Of a stretch of 54,102 nucleotides of DNA, positions 1 through 10,700 are shown one piece after another. The notes under the pieces were generated by a model. It worked only from the letters and a program-made list of their open reading frames with translations. It made no database searches and was not told the DNA's origin. The DNA lies in contig MWYU01000741.1 in the NCBI GenBank assembly GCA_002050375.1, positions 1 through 54,102 on the forward strand. The letters are read 5' to 3'. Made by a program: the position numbers and the translations under genes. The DNA is from Chitinophagales bacterium 62-2 (GTDB lineage: Bacteria; Bacteroidota; Bacteroidia; Chitinophagales; Chitinophagaceae). The first letter of the stretch is position 1, and the number at the start of each line of letters is the position of its first letter.

Positions 1-58
1 GCTCTATAATACGTTTATCCCTCGGGCTGCTAATAAAAATGCGACGTTTAATGCTCAT
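1..58 (-). CDS. Possible 5' end of a gene running off the left edge (MSIKRRIFISSPRDKRIIE...)
   Basis: ATG at 58 on the minus strand, open to the window edge. RIFISSP resembles the first strand of TIR/DUF4062-like domains. Only 19 codons are visible. Confidence 0.35.
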   Translation of the reverse strand, partial: MSIKRRIFISSPRDKRIIE

Positions 59-179
59 TGTATTAGTTTTAATAATGCATGATAAAAAAGACGTTCACAA
101 TTCTAAGGTAAACAGATTGTAATGTCAAGGCTTTCGATGTATCCCTAAATCTTTACTATCAAAATTTTAACGTGAGTAG

Positions 180-1248
180 ATGAAAGCTGCTTTATTTATT
201 GCCCTGTTTATATATTCAAGTGTTGCTTTCGCCCAGGCAAAAAGCGTTGCACAACTTAATCAATATCCACCCAATGAAAAGGTGGCAGGTGATTTTAGAA
301 ACTTGCTTCAAAGACCTGCTGTTGATTTCAAACCTTCATTTCAATCTATAACTACAGATACTATTAATCGAAAAGGGCTACATCTATTCTGAAGAAAGGG
401 AAAAGGTGCCTATCCTAATTTACAAGCCTGTTCATACAAATTTAAAATCTTTCCCTGTTGTAATTTGTTTGCATAGTACAGGAGGAAGTAAGGAAGATGA
501 AAGTATTCGAAGCCTGCTTTATCAACTAACTAAGATTGGAATAATAGGTGTTGCTATTGATGCAAGGTATCATGGTGAACGGATAGCAGGCGGAGCTAAT
601 AAATCAGAACAATATGTTGAAGCTGTAACCAAGGCATGGAAGAATACCGACGGCAAAAGCCATGAACATCCCTTTTTTTATGATACTGTTTACGACTTAT
701 GGAGGTTGACAGATTACTTAATAACAAGACCTGATGTACAAGCCAACCGGATAGGAATGATGGGTATTTCGATGGGCGGGATTGAAACATGGATGGCAGC
801 TTCTGTTGATAAAAGAATTAAGGTTGCCGTTCCGGTTATTGCTGCGCAGAGTTTTAAATGGGTGCTTGAAAATGATAGCTGGCAAGGTCGTGCAAGAACT
901 ATATGGAAAGCACATGAACAAGCTGCAAAAGATTTAGGTGACACCACTGTAACTAAAGAAAATGTAAGATTATTATGGAACAAATTGCTACCAGGGATCA
1001 CTGATAAATTTGATTGCCCATCAATGATAAGGCTTTTTGCACCAAGACCACTATTGTTGCTAAGTAATGAAAAGGATATGAACTGTCCTTTAGGTGGAGC
1101 ACAGGTTGCGTTTGAAGCTGCAACAAATGCTTACAAATCAAAAAATGCACTAAACAGGTTAAAGATTCATGTAACACCAAATGAGCCGCATAGGTTTCTG
1201 CCTGAACACCTGCAAATGACTATCGCATGGTTTAAAAAATGGTTATGA
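180..1248 (+). pseudogene. Secreted alpha/beta-hydrolase (esterase / dienelactone-hydrolase-like), frameshifted near 352-366 (pseudogene or sequencing error)
   Basis: ORF 180-392 carries a signal peptide. The frame of ORF 406-1248 is open back to 352 and reads LIEKGYIYSEEREKVPILIYKP, a natural continuation. Nucleophile motif GISMGG, plus candidate Asp (KDMNCP) and His (EPHRF). Confidence 0.8.
1099..1248 (+). repeat. 150-bp diverged direct repeat, copy 1 (3' end of the hydrolase gene)
   Basis: Ungapped match to 2888-3037 with 28 mismatches in 150 by manual count. Confidence 0.95.
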
Positions 1249-1579
1249 AGTTATTTGTTATACTAGTCTTCCTGCTACTGCAGGAGAGGAAGTGCCATCG
1301 CACAAAGCTTGCTTCTTTAAACATTATTACAAGAAACGGCTCATCGAATATTGGCCATGCAAAAGAAAAAAGCTCCCCTAGGGATACTCCCTGGATAGCC
1401 TTTGAAGAACTATTACGGAAAAGGATGGCAACGGCTTTCTGCGTATTACCAATCTGTTTCCCAAAACCCTCTATTGTGTCAGCACTGAAGGCCTCTTCAT
1501 TGAAAAATGCTGTATCTTAATGGCTTACCAATGCATACAAATTATACAAGGAAACGTGCTTTGATTTTATCGCTTCAAA

Positions 1580-2863
1580 GTGTCTTACAAATTAAAGGCT
1601 ATCTTTCACCTTATTCTGTTTATGGAAGGGTTTACATTAAAAAAGCTGGTAATCTATACTGTTATTATACTTATTGTTACCGTATCATTTTTATTCTCGC
1701 CACATCCACATAGTGAAAAAGACTATTGCGGACAATTTATAAGAATAGGTAACTATATGGGGTTTACGTTTAATTGCGATGCAGGGCAATTTTGTAAGAA
1801 CGCGAGGTACCCATCCATGCTTTTAGAGCACGGTGCTCAAAGGCAGAGCAGGCCGCTTTATATATTAGGTGCCACATTTATTGGCTATCCTTTGCAATGG
1901 ATTTTTGATAAGATAGATATAGGGTTTTTGCATAAACTTAAACTGCGAGATGAACAGGCATCTGAATATGTGGGATTTTATGCAGGTTATGTGCTCATGA
2001 ATTATTTATTGCTTTTGTTATCGCTCTACTACTTCGAGCGAATAGCCCGTACAATAACTAAAGGCAACATCAGTAACTTGCTACTGTATGCATTTATGTT
2101 CTTTCTAGTATCAAATGAGATAACGAAAGCATTTTTTTGGACACCGCACCAACAGTTTTTCTCCTTATTAACGCCTCTGCTATCCATACATATTTCGTTC
2201 ATAATCTGGCAGAAGCAGTTGCATCTGAAGAAGTTATTGCCCATGTCCGCCTTATGCGGCTTTCTGATGCTTGCCTATGGCAATTTTTTACCCATGTTCT
2301 GCTGCCTGGTGGTTGTTTCCTTTTTTGTAGATAAAAAGTTTCATGCTTTATATTTGATAAGCAATGTAATAGTATTTGCAGCGCCAACTTTATTATGGAT
2401 AATTATGTGCAATGCCGTTGCTCATAGCTATTACAATTACGAAATGGTAACATATCATCAGCTGGTATGGATAGTAGAAACGCTGAAGGTATCGTTTAGC
2501 GAGTTCGCTCATACTTTCTACAACTTTACTATTTATTACATGCACACATTTACAGAAATAAGCTGGTTTATAACAGTTGTGTTCCTGCTGGCAATATACC
2601 TAAGGAAAGAACTATTCAATGATACCGTTCAAAATCATTATATCATTATTATCATAAATACTCTATCTATATTCTTTTTCTTTTTTTGGTTACTGGGATT
2701 TTTCAAAGAGCGTTTAACCTTTACATTATACGCTCCAATTTTATGCATGTTGCTGTTTGAAGTGAGCAGGATAACTATGCTGCGTAAAAATGCAGGTATT
2801 GTGGTGCTTATTGCTGTTGCCTGGCATATGTATAATTTGCTGTCGTATGGACCATTTAGTTGA
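1580..2863 (+). CDS. Hypothetical polytopic membrane protein (possibly GT-C-like); true start may be ATG 1622
   Basis: 427-aa ORF with many hydrophobic segments and an N-terminal loop containing Cys residues and RQSRPLY. Family not firmly recognised. Confidence 0.7.
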   Translation: MSYKLKAIFHLILFMEGFTLKKLVIYTVIILIVTVSFLFSPHPHSEKDYCGQFIRIGNYMGFTFNCDAGQFCKNARYPSMLLEHGAQRQSRPLYILGATFIGYPLQWIFDKIDIGFLHKLKLRDEQASEYVGFYAGYVLMNYLLLLLSLYYFERIARTITKGNISNLLLYAFMFFLVSNEITKAFFWTPHQQFFSLLTPLLSIHISFIIWQKQLHLKKLLPMSALCGFLMLAYGNFLPMFCCLVVVSFFVDKKFHALYLISNVIVFAAPTLLWIIMCNAVAHSYYNYEMVTYHQLVWIVETLKVSFSEFAHTFYNFTIYYMHTFTEISWFITVVFLLAIYLRKELFNDTVQNHYIIIIINTLSIFFFFFWLLGFFKERLTFTLYAPILCMLLFEVSRITMLRKNAGIVVLIAVAWHMYNLLSYGPFS

Positions 2864-2887
2864 ACATTCTTCCTTAGCAAAAAAAAA

Positions 2888-3037
2888 GCACAGCTTGCTT
2901 TTGACGCTGCAACAAAAGCTTATAAATCAAAAAATTCGACCGAAAAATTAAAGATACATGTAACGCCAAATGAGCCGCATAAGTTCTTACCTGCACATCT
3001 TCAAATGACAATGGCATGGTTTAAAAAATGGCTTTAA
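2888..3037 (+). pseudogene. Orphan duplicate of the hydrolase C-terminus (49 codons + stop); repeat copy 2
   Basis: Reads AQLAFDAATKAYKSKNSTEKLKIHVTPNEPHKFLPAHLQMTMAWFKKWL*, 39/49 aa identical to the end of 406-1248. No start codon; preceded by an A9 run. Confidence 0.9.
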
Positions 3038-3181
3038 GATTTTGGTTAAGTTATTCAACTGTTGAAAAAATAAAAGCTTCGTTTCTAAAAACTTCATCTA
3101 TACTACCTGCTTTACTACATCTGAATAATTAAAATTATCCAAGTCACAGAAAAATTATCTTCATATTTCTAATTTAAGAAA

Positions 3182-4048
3182 ATGTCTAAAATAATACTAA
3201 TAACAGGAACTTCAACAGGTGTTGGTTTACACACCGCCTCTATGTTAGCAGCCAGGGGAAATACAGTGTATGCCTCTATGAGAGATGTTAGTAAGCAGGA
3301 TCATCTCGTACAGCTTACTAAAAACTATCCTGCTTATATCCATATACTTCCGCTCGATGTTCAAAAGGAAGAAACAATTAAAGAATGCATTAAAACGATT
3401 ATAGACAAAGAAAAAAGAATTGATGTATTAATTAATAACGCAGGTGCCGGTTTTATACGAACATTGGAGCAAGCGACGATGGAAGAAATACACAATGTAA
3501 TGGATGTAAATTTCTATGGCCCTATCCGTTGCATTAAAGCTGTTTTGCCTGCAATGCGGCAACAAAATAAGGGTCATATTATTAACGTTTCTTCAGTTGG
3601 AGGTTTGGTCGGTCAGCCCATTAATGAAATATATTGTGCTGCTAAATTTGCCCTTGAAGGCTTAACTGAGAGCATTGCTACTTACCTCGAACCTTATTTC
3701 GGAATTAAAACATCTATTATAGAACCCGCCGGTATAACGACGGAATTTGGAAACAATCTTATGAATTATTTCAATAACACAGGTGGCATTCGCAAAGATG
3801 AGTACTCGCCATTATTAAATGATTATATGGCCTACAGACAAACCTTCACTGACGAACTAAAAGCTAAAATATTTCAAACGGCCGAGCAGGTAGCACAGGT
3901 AATTGTTGATTGCATTTCAGACCCTGCTCCTAAACTCAGGTACCTTACTTCGCAATATGCTGCTGAGTTTACTTATCTTAAATCAGGTCTCGATGGTGAC
4001 GGAAGTAATTTACAGAGTATTATAAGAAAAAGGATTTTAAATAAGTGA
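3182..4048 (+). CDS. Short-chain dehydrogenase/reductase (SDR)
   Basis: TGTSTGVG, NNAG, catalytic Ser (NVSS) and YCAAK motifs. Confidence 0.93.
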   Translation: MSKIILITGTSTGVGLHTASMLAARGNTVYASMRDVSKQDHLVQLTKNYPAYIHILPLDVQKEETIKECIKTIIDKEKRIDVLINNAGAGFIRTLEQATMEEIHNVMDVNFYGPIRCIKAVLPAMRQQNKGHIINVSSVGGLVGQPINEIYCAAKFALEGLTESIATYLEPYFGIKTSIIEPAGITTEFGNNLMNYFNNTGGIRKDEYSPLLNDYMAYRQTFTDELKAKIFQTAEQVAQVIVDCISDPAPKLRYLTSQYAAEFTYLKSGLDGDGSNLQSIIRKRILNK

Positions 4049-4171
4049 AAGCCTACGCTTAGCTTCCTAAGAAGCTTTTGCATTTCGGGTTAGTTTTGTA
4101 ACTGTTTTTATAATGCGATTTTACATGCTTAATGGCATAATTTTTTCTGTAATTCTTTTAAACTTAATACC

Positions 4172-4360
4172 ATGGACAAGTTAAATGTCAAAGGAAACTG
4201 GAACGAAGTAAAAGGTAAAATGAAGCAGGAACATGCCCATCTTACAGACGATGACCTTGAATATGAAGATGGAAAGGATGATGAATTCTTCGGCCGCTTA
4301 CAACAGAAATTAGGAAAAACCAAAGATGAGATCGTACATTGGATACGTTCGCTTGGTTAA
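4172..4360 (+). CDS. csbD: CsbD family general stress protein
   Basis: [13 protein letters not shown]...LTDDDL...[13 protein letters not shown] signature. Confidence 0.92.
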   Translation: MDKLNVKGNWNEVKGKMKQEHAHLTDDDLEYEDGKDDEFFGRLQQKLGKTKDEIVHWIRSLG

Positions 4361-4463
4361 TTGTAAAACAGTGATTGGAGAGTTTAAAATGTATCTTTAA
4401 ATGAGAGAGCCGTTAGCTGATTTGTGAGATAAGAGCAGAATTTTAAACACTCTGATATTTCGC

Positions 4464-4491
4464 AGCCACCCTTTAAACGGGTGGCTTTTTT
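4464..4491 (+). terminator. Rho-independent terminator after csbD
   Basis: AGCCACCC-7 nt-GGGTGGCT followed by a T run. Confidence 0.85.
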
Positions 4492-4541
4492 GTGCTCATT
4501 AAAAAGCCAACTTGTGCTCATCCATAAAAGATTCAGGACTT

Positions 4542-5657
4542 TTATAAGGTTTTTGCTGCCGGTGCAGTAGCCTGCACCATTTCTGAGTCTTTAGGTATAA
4601 GCCCAATTTTGTAAGAGTGTTCTATTGCTTCTTTGCTGCTGGTAAAATGGCACCATTGCACCCCCGCAACTTCAATCTTTTTAATCTCCTCATTTACATT
4701 ATGCAAGTTTTTTTCGTAAACATGCCGTAAGTAAACACATACAATCCTTCCAGGAAAATGCTCCACTATTCGCGCATAAATCACAGGGTCTTGCTGAGAG
4801 TCATCACCTAATAGAATGAATTTTTGTTTAGGAAAACCTTCTAATATTCGTGCGATACGCATGAACTTAGTGGAGTGTTTTGTTGCACCCGTTTTCCATA
4901 CTTCGCTTAACCGTTTTATCTGGCTTAGCAAAAACACTCCTTCCGGCATTGCATTCTTCCGGCAAAATTCTTTTATAAAATCGTACAGGTTCCACTCGCT
5001 GCTCGAAACATAAAAGAAGGGGTTCTGATTATTATTTTCCGTGTAAGCCTTTGCCAACAATTGGTAATGGTTAACCACTCCTTCGAAAGGCTTACGGCTA
5101 TGGGCATTTTTTGTGAAAAGGACATATAATCTTTTTCGTAAATTAGAAGAATGAGAGATCAGAAATGTATCATCAATATCCGATATGTATGCATATTGGT
5201 TCGGATGTGCAATAATGATAGTACCCTGACCGGTAGAAAGTACCAGGTCCTCAATTTTGGATGATAAATAATCTACTTCAACTGTATAAAGTCCGGGAGG
5301 TACAACGGTAACACACTTCCATTCAAACCTGAAAAAGCCGTCATCGGCAGTGGTGCTTTCAAGAACAATCGAATTAAAACGAAAACGCACCTTTGCATTA
5401 GGTATGCGCTTAATCATAAAAGACCGCAAAAGAGCAAACGTGTTTGTCCAGAAATTTTTACGGTATCTTTTCCTCGGCAAAGGGCTCAAACTAAAAACAT
5501 GGCCAAAAACAATTATACTGGTTGCACTGCCATAACCGTGATATACTTTAACGACCGGATCATTTGTTAGCCTGAACACTTTCAGTATCTTATCATATAC
5601 GCCTTCAATAAATGAAGGCTTATGTGGAAAAACAGTTTTATTTGTATTATTATTCAT
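4542..5657 (-). CDS. App1 family (DUF2183) phosphatidate phosphatase-like protein
   Basis: HAD-like ISDIDDT, YVSSSEWNLY and LLGDDSQQDP motifs. Confidence 0.88.
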   Translation of the reverse strand: MNNNTNKTVFPHKPSFIEGVYDKILKVFRLTNDPVVKVYHGYGSATSIIVFGHVFSLSPLPRKRYRKNFWTNTFALLRSFMIKRIPNAKVRFRFNSIVLESTTADDGFFRFEWKCVTVVPPGLYTVEVDYLSSKIEDLVLSTGQGTIIIAHPNQYAYISDIDDTFLISHSSNLRKRLYVLFTKNAHSRKPFEGVVNHYQLLAKAYTENNNQNPFFYVSSSEWNLYDFIKEFCRKNAMPEGVFLLSQIKRLSEVWKTGATKHSTKFMRIARILEGFPKQKFILLGDDSQQDPVIYARIVEHFPGRIVCVYLRHVYEKNLHNVNEEIKKIEVAGVQWCHFTSSKEAIEHSYKIGLIPKDSEMVQATAPAAKTL

Positions 5658-5674
5658 TATTGAATTAATTAAAA

Positions 5675-6562
5675 ATGACGCAGGAATCCGCCTTTAAATT
5701 TTTATTCATAATTAATCCAATTTCAGGAGGAAAACAAAAAAATGACCATGAGTCTGCTATTAAAAAATATTTCGAAGCTCTTCCCCACTCCATTGAATTC
5801 TTTTTGTTAGATGGCAAAAATGATGCACAGCAATTACAGCAAACTCTTGAGAAAGTAAAGCCACATAAAGTAATAGCGGTAGGTGGTGACGGAACAGTAT
5901 CCCTTGTTGCCAAAAAAATATTGGGAAGCGAAATGCAATTGGGTATAATACCTGCGGGATCGGCAAATGGGATGGCCCGAGAACTGGATATTCCCTTAAA
6001 TATAACAGCAGCTCTTGATGTTGTTCTTGCTACTAATGTTAAAAAAGCTGATGCCATTTTAATTAATAAACAGCTATGCCTGCACTTAAGCGATATTGGA
6101 ATGAATGCACGCCTTATAAAGTATTTTGAAGAAGGAAATAAACGTGGAAAATTAGGCTATGCAAAAGTGGCTTTAAGAGTTTTATGGAAAAAGCAGAACA
6201 TAAGGGTAATCGTTCAAACAAAAGACACCGAAATTAAAAGAGACGCTTTTATGATTGTACTTGCAAATGCAAGCAAATATGGAACAGGTGCGGTGATAAA
6301 CCCCCACGGCGATTTATATGATGGTCTTTTTGAAGTAGTTATTATTCGAAAATTTGCTATTTCAGAAATCTTTAAAATGTGGTTTAGGCCACAACTCTTT
6401 GATCCTAAAAAAATAGAAATTATACAGGCAACATCAGTTCATATTGAAACACAGCATGCTGTACACTTTCAGGTAGACGGAGAATATCTTGGTAAGGTAA
6501 GGCATATAGACGCTAAGATTCTTCCCGGTCAGCTCAACCTACTCCTTCCGCAACAGAAATAA
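5675..6562 (+). CDS. Diacylglycerol/lipid kinase family (YegS/DagK-like)
   Basis: INPISG, GGDGT, IPAGSANGMA and QVDGE motifs. Confidence 0.92.
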   Translation: MTQESAFKFLFIINPISGGKQKNDHESAIKKYFEALPHSIEFFLLDGKNDAQQLQQTLEKVKPHKVIAVGGDGTVSLVAKKILGSEMQLGIIPAGSANGMARELDIPLNITAALDVVLATNVKKADAILINKQLCLHLSDIGMNARLIKYFEEGNKRGKLGYAKVALRVLWKKQNIRVIVQTKDTEIKRDAFMIVLANASKYGTGAVINPHGDLYDGLFEVVIIRKFAISEIFKMWFRPQLFDPKKIEIIQATSVHIETQHAVHFQVDGEYLGKVRHIDAKILPGQLNLLLPQQK

Positions 6563-6688
6563 AATATTGACTTTATCAATCTGGTTTTGATTGAGAAATT
6601 AGTTCCCCATCAGTTCTAACAAGCACTTGAGCAAACCAATTAATTATATGACGTAACTGTTTTCAATTAGCTTCAACCCTATTACTGC

Positions 6689-7444
6689 ATGGATTTTTTC
6701 TACGTTATCTCTAAAATCTTTACCTTTTTTCTATCTCCGGCAATTTGGATTCTTATCTTACTACTATGGAGGAAATTCGCCAGGTTAAGATCAATGAAAA
6801 AGCGCCTTGCAATTGCGGCAACCATTACATTTATCTTCTTTAGCAATGAAGCCATCTACACCACACTGGTGAATGCATGGCAACCAAAACCCGTAACACT
6901 TAAAGGTCAGCAATACGAAGCAGGAATTGTTTTGGGAGGCATAGTTCGTTTTGATAAAAGGAAGAAGGGCTTTTTTGGAGATGACGCCGACAGATTCTAC
7001 CAGGCATGTAAATTATACCGTGACGGAACTATAAAAAAAATACTGGTAAGCGGAGGTACAGTAGCTAAAGAGTTGCCCGAAGAAGCAGATTTTATAAGAC
7101 GCGAAATGATTGAAATAGGTGTAAAACATGAAGACATTATTACAGAAACCTCTTCTAAAACTACCCGTGAAAACGCCCTCTTCAGTAAAAAGATTATTGA
7201 CTCTTTACACATTAAACCGCCTTATGTTTTAATAACCTCTGCGCAACATATACCACGTGCATCAAGGCTTTTTGCTAATGCTGGTTTAAGCATTGTTGCT
7301 TATCCGTGTGCTTATTCGGTAATTAATGAAACTCTCACAATCGACGATTTTCTTCTGCCTAAAATAACAATACTTGATGCATGGCAGAGGTTCATAAAAG
7401 AACTTATCGGCTTTGTTATATATAATGTTTTCAAAAAGGCTTAA
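6689..7444 (+). CDS. YdcF/DUF218 family envelope protein
   Basis: N-terminal TM helices; IVLGG, LVSGG, SKTTRENA and LITSAQHIPRA motifs. Confidence 0.88.
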   Translation: MDFFYVISKIFTFFLSPAIWILILLLWRKFARLRSMKKRLAIAATITFIFFSNEAIYTTLVNAWQPKPVTLKGQQYEAGIVLGGIVRFDKRKKGFFGDDADRFYQACKLYRDGTIKKILVSGGTVAKELPEEADFIRREMIEIGVKHEDIITETSSKTTRENALFSKKIIDSLHIKPPYVLITSAQHIPRASRLFANAGLSIVAYPCAYSVINETLTIDDFLLPKITILDAWQRFIKELIGFVIYNVFKKA

Positions 7445-7679
7445 CCTGTAAACCCTCTTACAACACACCGTTCTCTTTTCATAATAAACACATAACAATT
7501 AATAATCCCAGTTACGTGTTTAAGGGAGTAGTGGAATAATGTTCTTCTGAATTCCCTTATTTAGAACAAATTTTCCTTCGCAAAAGAGAAAGTTAAAACA
7601 CGAAACCTGAAGTAAAAATACTATCTCGGGCCGTGTTCATACTACACTATTTTCTGACAATTTTTCACTTTCAAACCCT

Positions 7680-7687
7680 TATCTTTG
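7680..7687 (+). promoter_or_regulatory. Bacteroidota -7 promoter element (TATCTTTG) upstream of secDF
   Basis: Exact TAnnTTTG ending 33 nt before the ATG. Confidence 0.65.
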
Positions 7688-7720
7688 CCGCTCTAAAAAA
7701 TTTTATAAACTCCTATTTAT

Positions 7721-10700
7721 ATGCAACTGAAAGGTTTGGTGAAAATTTTTGCCATTGCATTAATTCTGATTTGTCTGTACCAGCTAAGCTTTACTTTTTT
7801 TGTGCGAAGCCATGAAAATAAGATGGCTCAAAGAGCTGAAAGCTGGGTAAAAGCTAACTATCCTAAAGCTGAACAAAAATATTCCGGAAACAAAGAACTG
7901 CAGGCGTTATATACAGATACGTTGAACGCTGCAAAAAAGAACCGCTTGCAACGTTTGCTTGACAGTACAAAGAACGAAAAAGTTGTTTTAGGTGTAGGAA
8001 CCTATCAATATGCCAAAAACCAGGAGCTTATGCTCGGCTTAGATTTGCAGGGCGGCATGAATGTAACCATGGAAGTTGGATTAGATGGCCTGGTAAAATC
8101 TCTTTCAGGCTACAGCAAGGATCCCTTATTCAACAAAGCCCTCGATCAGGCTAACAGGCGTAAAGCAAACAGCGGCGCTGATTACATAACTCTTTTTGCA
8201 GATGAATACAAGAGCGTTAATCCTAACGGAAGGCTTGCTTCTTTATTTGCCCCTGGCAGTGGTAAGCGTATTAGTTATGAAAGCAGCGATGCACAGGTGA
8301 TAGATTATATTCGTGGCGAAGCTAAAGGCGCTATCAGAAATACTTTTAATATCTTACGAACTCGTATCGATAAATTTGGCGTTGCCCAGCCAACTATCAA
8401 CTTAGATGAAAATAAAGGAAACATTACTATTGAATTAGCCGGCGTTACCGATCCTGAAAGGGTTCGTAAATATCTTCAATCAACGGCCAATCTTCAATTC
8501 TTTGAAGTTTACAACATTGGAGAAATATATGAAGGTTATCAAAAAGCTGAAAAGGCGATAGCTGCTTCGCTTAACGGAACAAAAGTTAATGATACCACTT
8601 CTGTAAACGCGGATACTGCTAAACAAACAGCTTCAATTACAGCAAGGGACACTACTAAAACCGCTACATTAAGTTCGCTCGATACTAATAAAACTGCTAC
8701 AATTACGAATCCTGCTGATACTAAAAATCAAAATCCGCTTAGTTCTATTATTCAATTAATACAACCTCAGCAAGGTAAAGATGGTCAAATGCAGTTTCCG
8801 GCAGCTATCGGTTATATTCAGGCGCGTGATACAGGTATACTCAACAGCTATCTTCAGTTAGAAAGTGTTAAAAATATCTTTCCTGCTAACCTTGTTTTCA
8901 TGGTCGGAAAACCTGAAAGCGAAGATCCAAAAGCAGCAGGCATATTACCGGTATATGCCGTGAAAACAGTGGAAGGGCCAACGCTTGCCAAACTGGAAGG
9001 TGAGCACGTAAGTGATGCACGCCAGGATTTTGATGAGCGGGGCCGTGTTGCGATAAAGATGAACATGGATAAGGTAGGCGAAAAGATTTGGGCCAAACTG
9101 ACGGGTGATAACGTAGGTAAACCTATTGCCATTGTTATGGACAATATTGTGTATAGCGCTCCTTTTGTAAACGGTGTAATTCCTAACGGAAGCTCTGAGA
9201 TAACCGGAAGCTTTACACTAAACGAAGCACAGGATTTAGCAGACATTTTAAAGAGCGGTAAATTACCGGCCCCCGCTAAAATTGTGCAGGAGCAAGTTGT
9301 AGGGCCTACCTTAGGACAAGACGCTATTCGTGGCGGCACAACTGCATTTATCGTCGCCTTCTTAGTCATCTTTGCGTTAATGCTTTTGTATTTTAATACT
9401 GCAGGCTGGGTTGCAAATATTGCCCTTATATTAAACCTCTTATTTACCATAGGTATTTTAGCCGCTCTCGGGGCTACCTTAACTGCTCCCGGTATCGCAG
9501 GTTTGGTATTAACTGTTGGCTTAGCGGTAGATACCAACGTTATTATTTTCGAAAGGATTAAAGAAGAACTTACCCGGGGAAAGAACTACCAACTGGCTGT
9601 TAATGATGGTTATAAACGTTCGTATGCACCTGTGTTAGATGCACACGTTACTGTATTAATGACTGCTATTATTCTCTTCTATTTCGGATTAGGACCGGTA
9701 TTAGGATTTGCAACAACGCAGATTTTAGGTATTCTGTTATCATTGTTTTGCGGTATTCTTATCTCAAGATTAATTTCTGACTGGTACACTAATAAGAACC
9801 GCCACTTCGAATACTTCACAGGTATTAGCAAGAAGATATTTAAACATGCGAGTTTAAAGTTTGTTGAGTATCGTAAAATTGCTTATGGAATTTCGGTGGT
9901 TGTATTATTGCTGGGTATTGCATCTTTCTTTAATGGTTTTGATGAAGGTGTGGAATTTAGCGGAGGTCGCAGCTATACTGTTAAGTTTGACAGACCTGTT
10001 AATAATGACGAGGTACGCAATGCACTGAAAGCTGAATATGGAGAATATCCTGTTGTAAAAACAATCGGTTCTAACAGGCAGTTAAATATTACTACTTCGT
10101 ACATGATCAAAGAAACAAGCCGCAATGTAGATTCACTTGTAGAACTAAAATTATTTGATGGTCTTAGTAAGTTTTTACCTGCCGGGTTATCATACAAAGA
10201 GTTTGATACCAGGTATAAGCAAAGCTCTCAAACCGTTTTACCAACCATTTCAGATGATTTGAAGAAAGGTGCTACAACAGCAACAATCGTTTCGATACTC
10301 GCCATTTGCTTGTACATCTTCATTCGTTTCCGCGACTGGAGATATTCTCTTGGAACTATCGTTGCTTTGCTACACGACGTATTTGTAACACTTGCAGTAT
10401 TTAGTTTCCTAAAAGGCATTGTTCCCTTTCCATTAGAGATAGACCAGCACTTTATCGCTGCTATACTAACGGTAATAGGTTTCTCAATGAACGATACAGT
10501 AATTGTATTCGATCGTATTAGGGAAGACAGCCGTTTAATGAAGAACACCGATAAAGGAACTATTATTAATAAAGCAATCAACGAAACATTAAGCCGTACA
10601 ATAATGACATCCTTAACCGTGTTCTTAACCATCTTATCACTATTCATTTTTGGCGGCGAAGTAACAAGAGGTTTTGCCTTTGCAATGTTGATAGGAGTTA

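Noticed and set aside
388-394. Selenocysteine or stop readthrough at TGA 390-392
   Set aside because: The downstream domain is in a different frame, so readthrough would not join the two parts.
1239-1713. ORFs 1239-1520 and 1507-1713 as genes
   Set aside because: No recognisable motifs, and they overlap better-supported genes; probably non-coding or decayed DNA.
1099-3037. Diversity-generating retroelement (template/variable repeat pair)
   Set aside because: Mismatches are not confined to adenines in either copy, many are synonymous third-position changes, and no reverse transcriptase is in the window.
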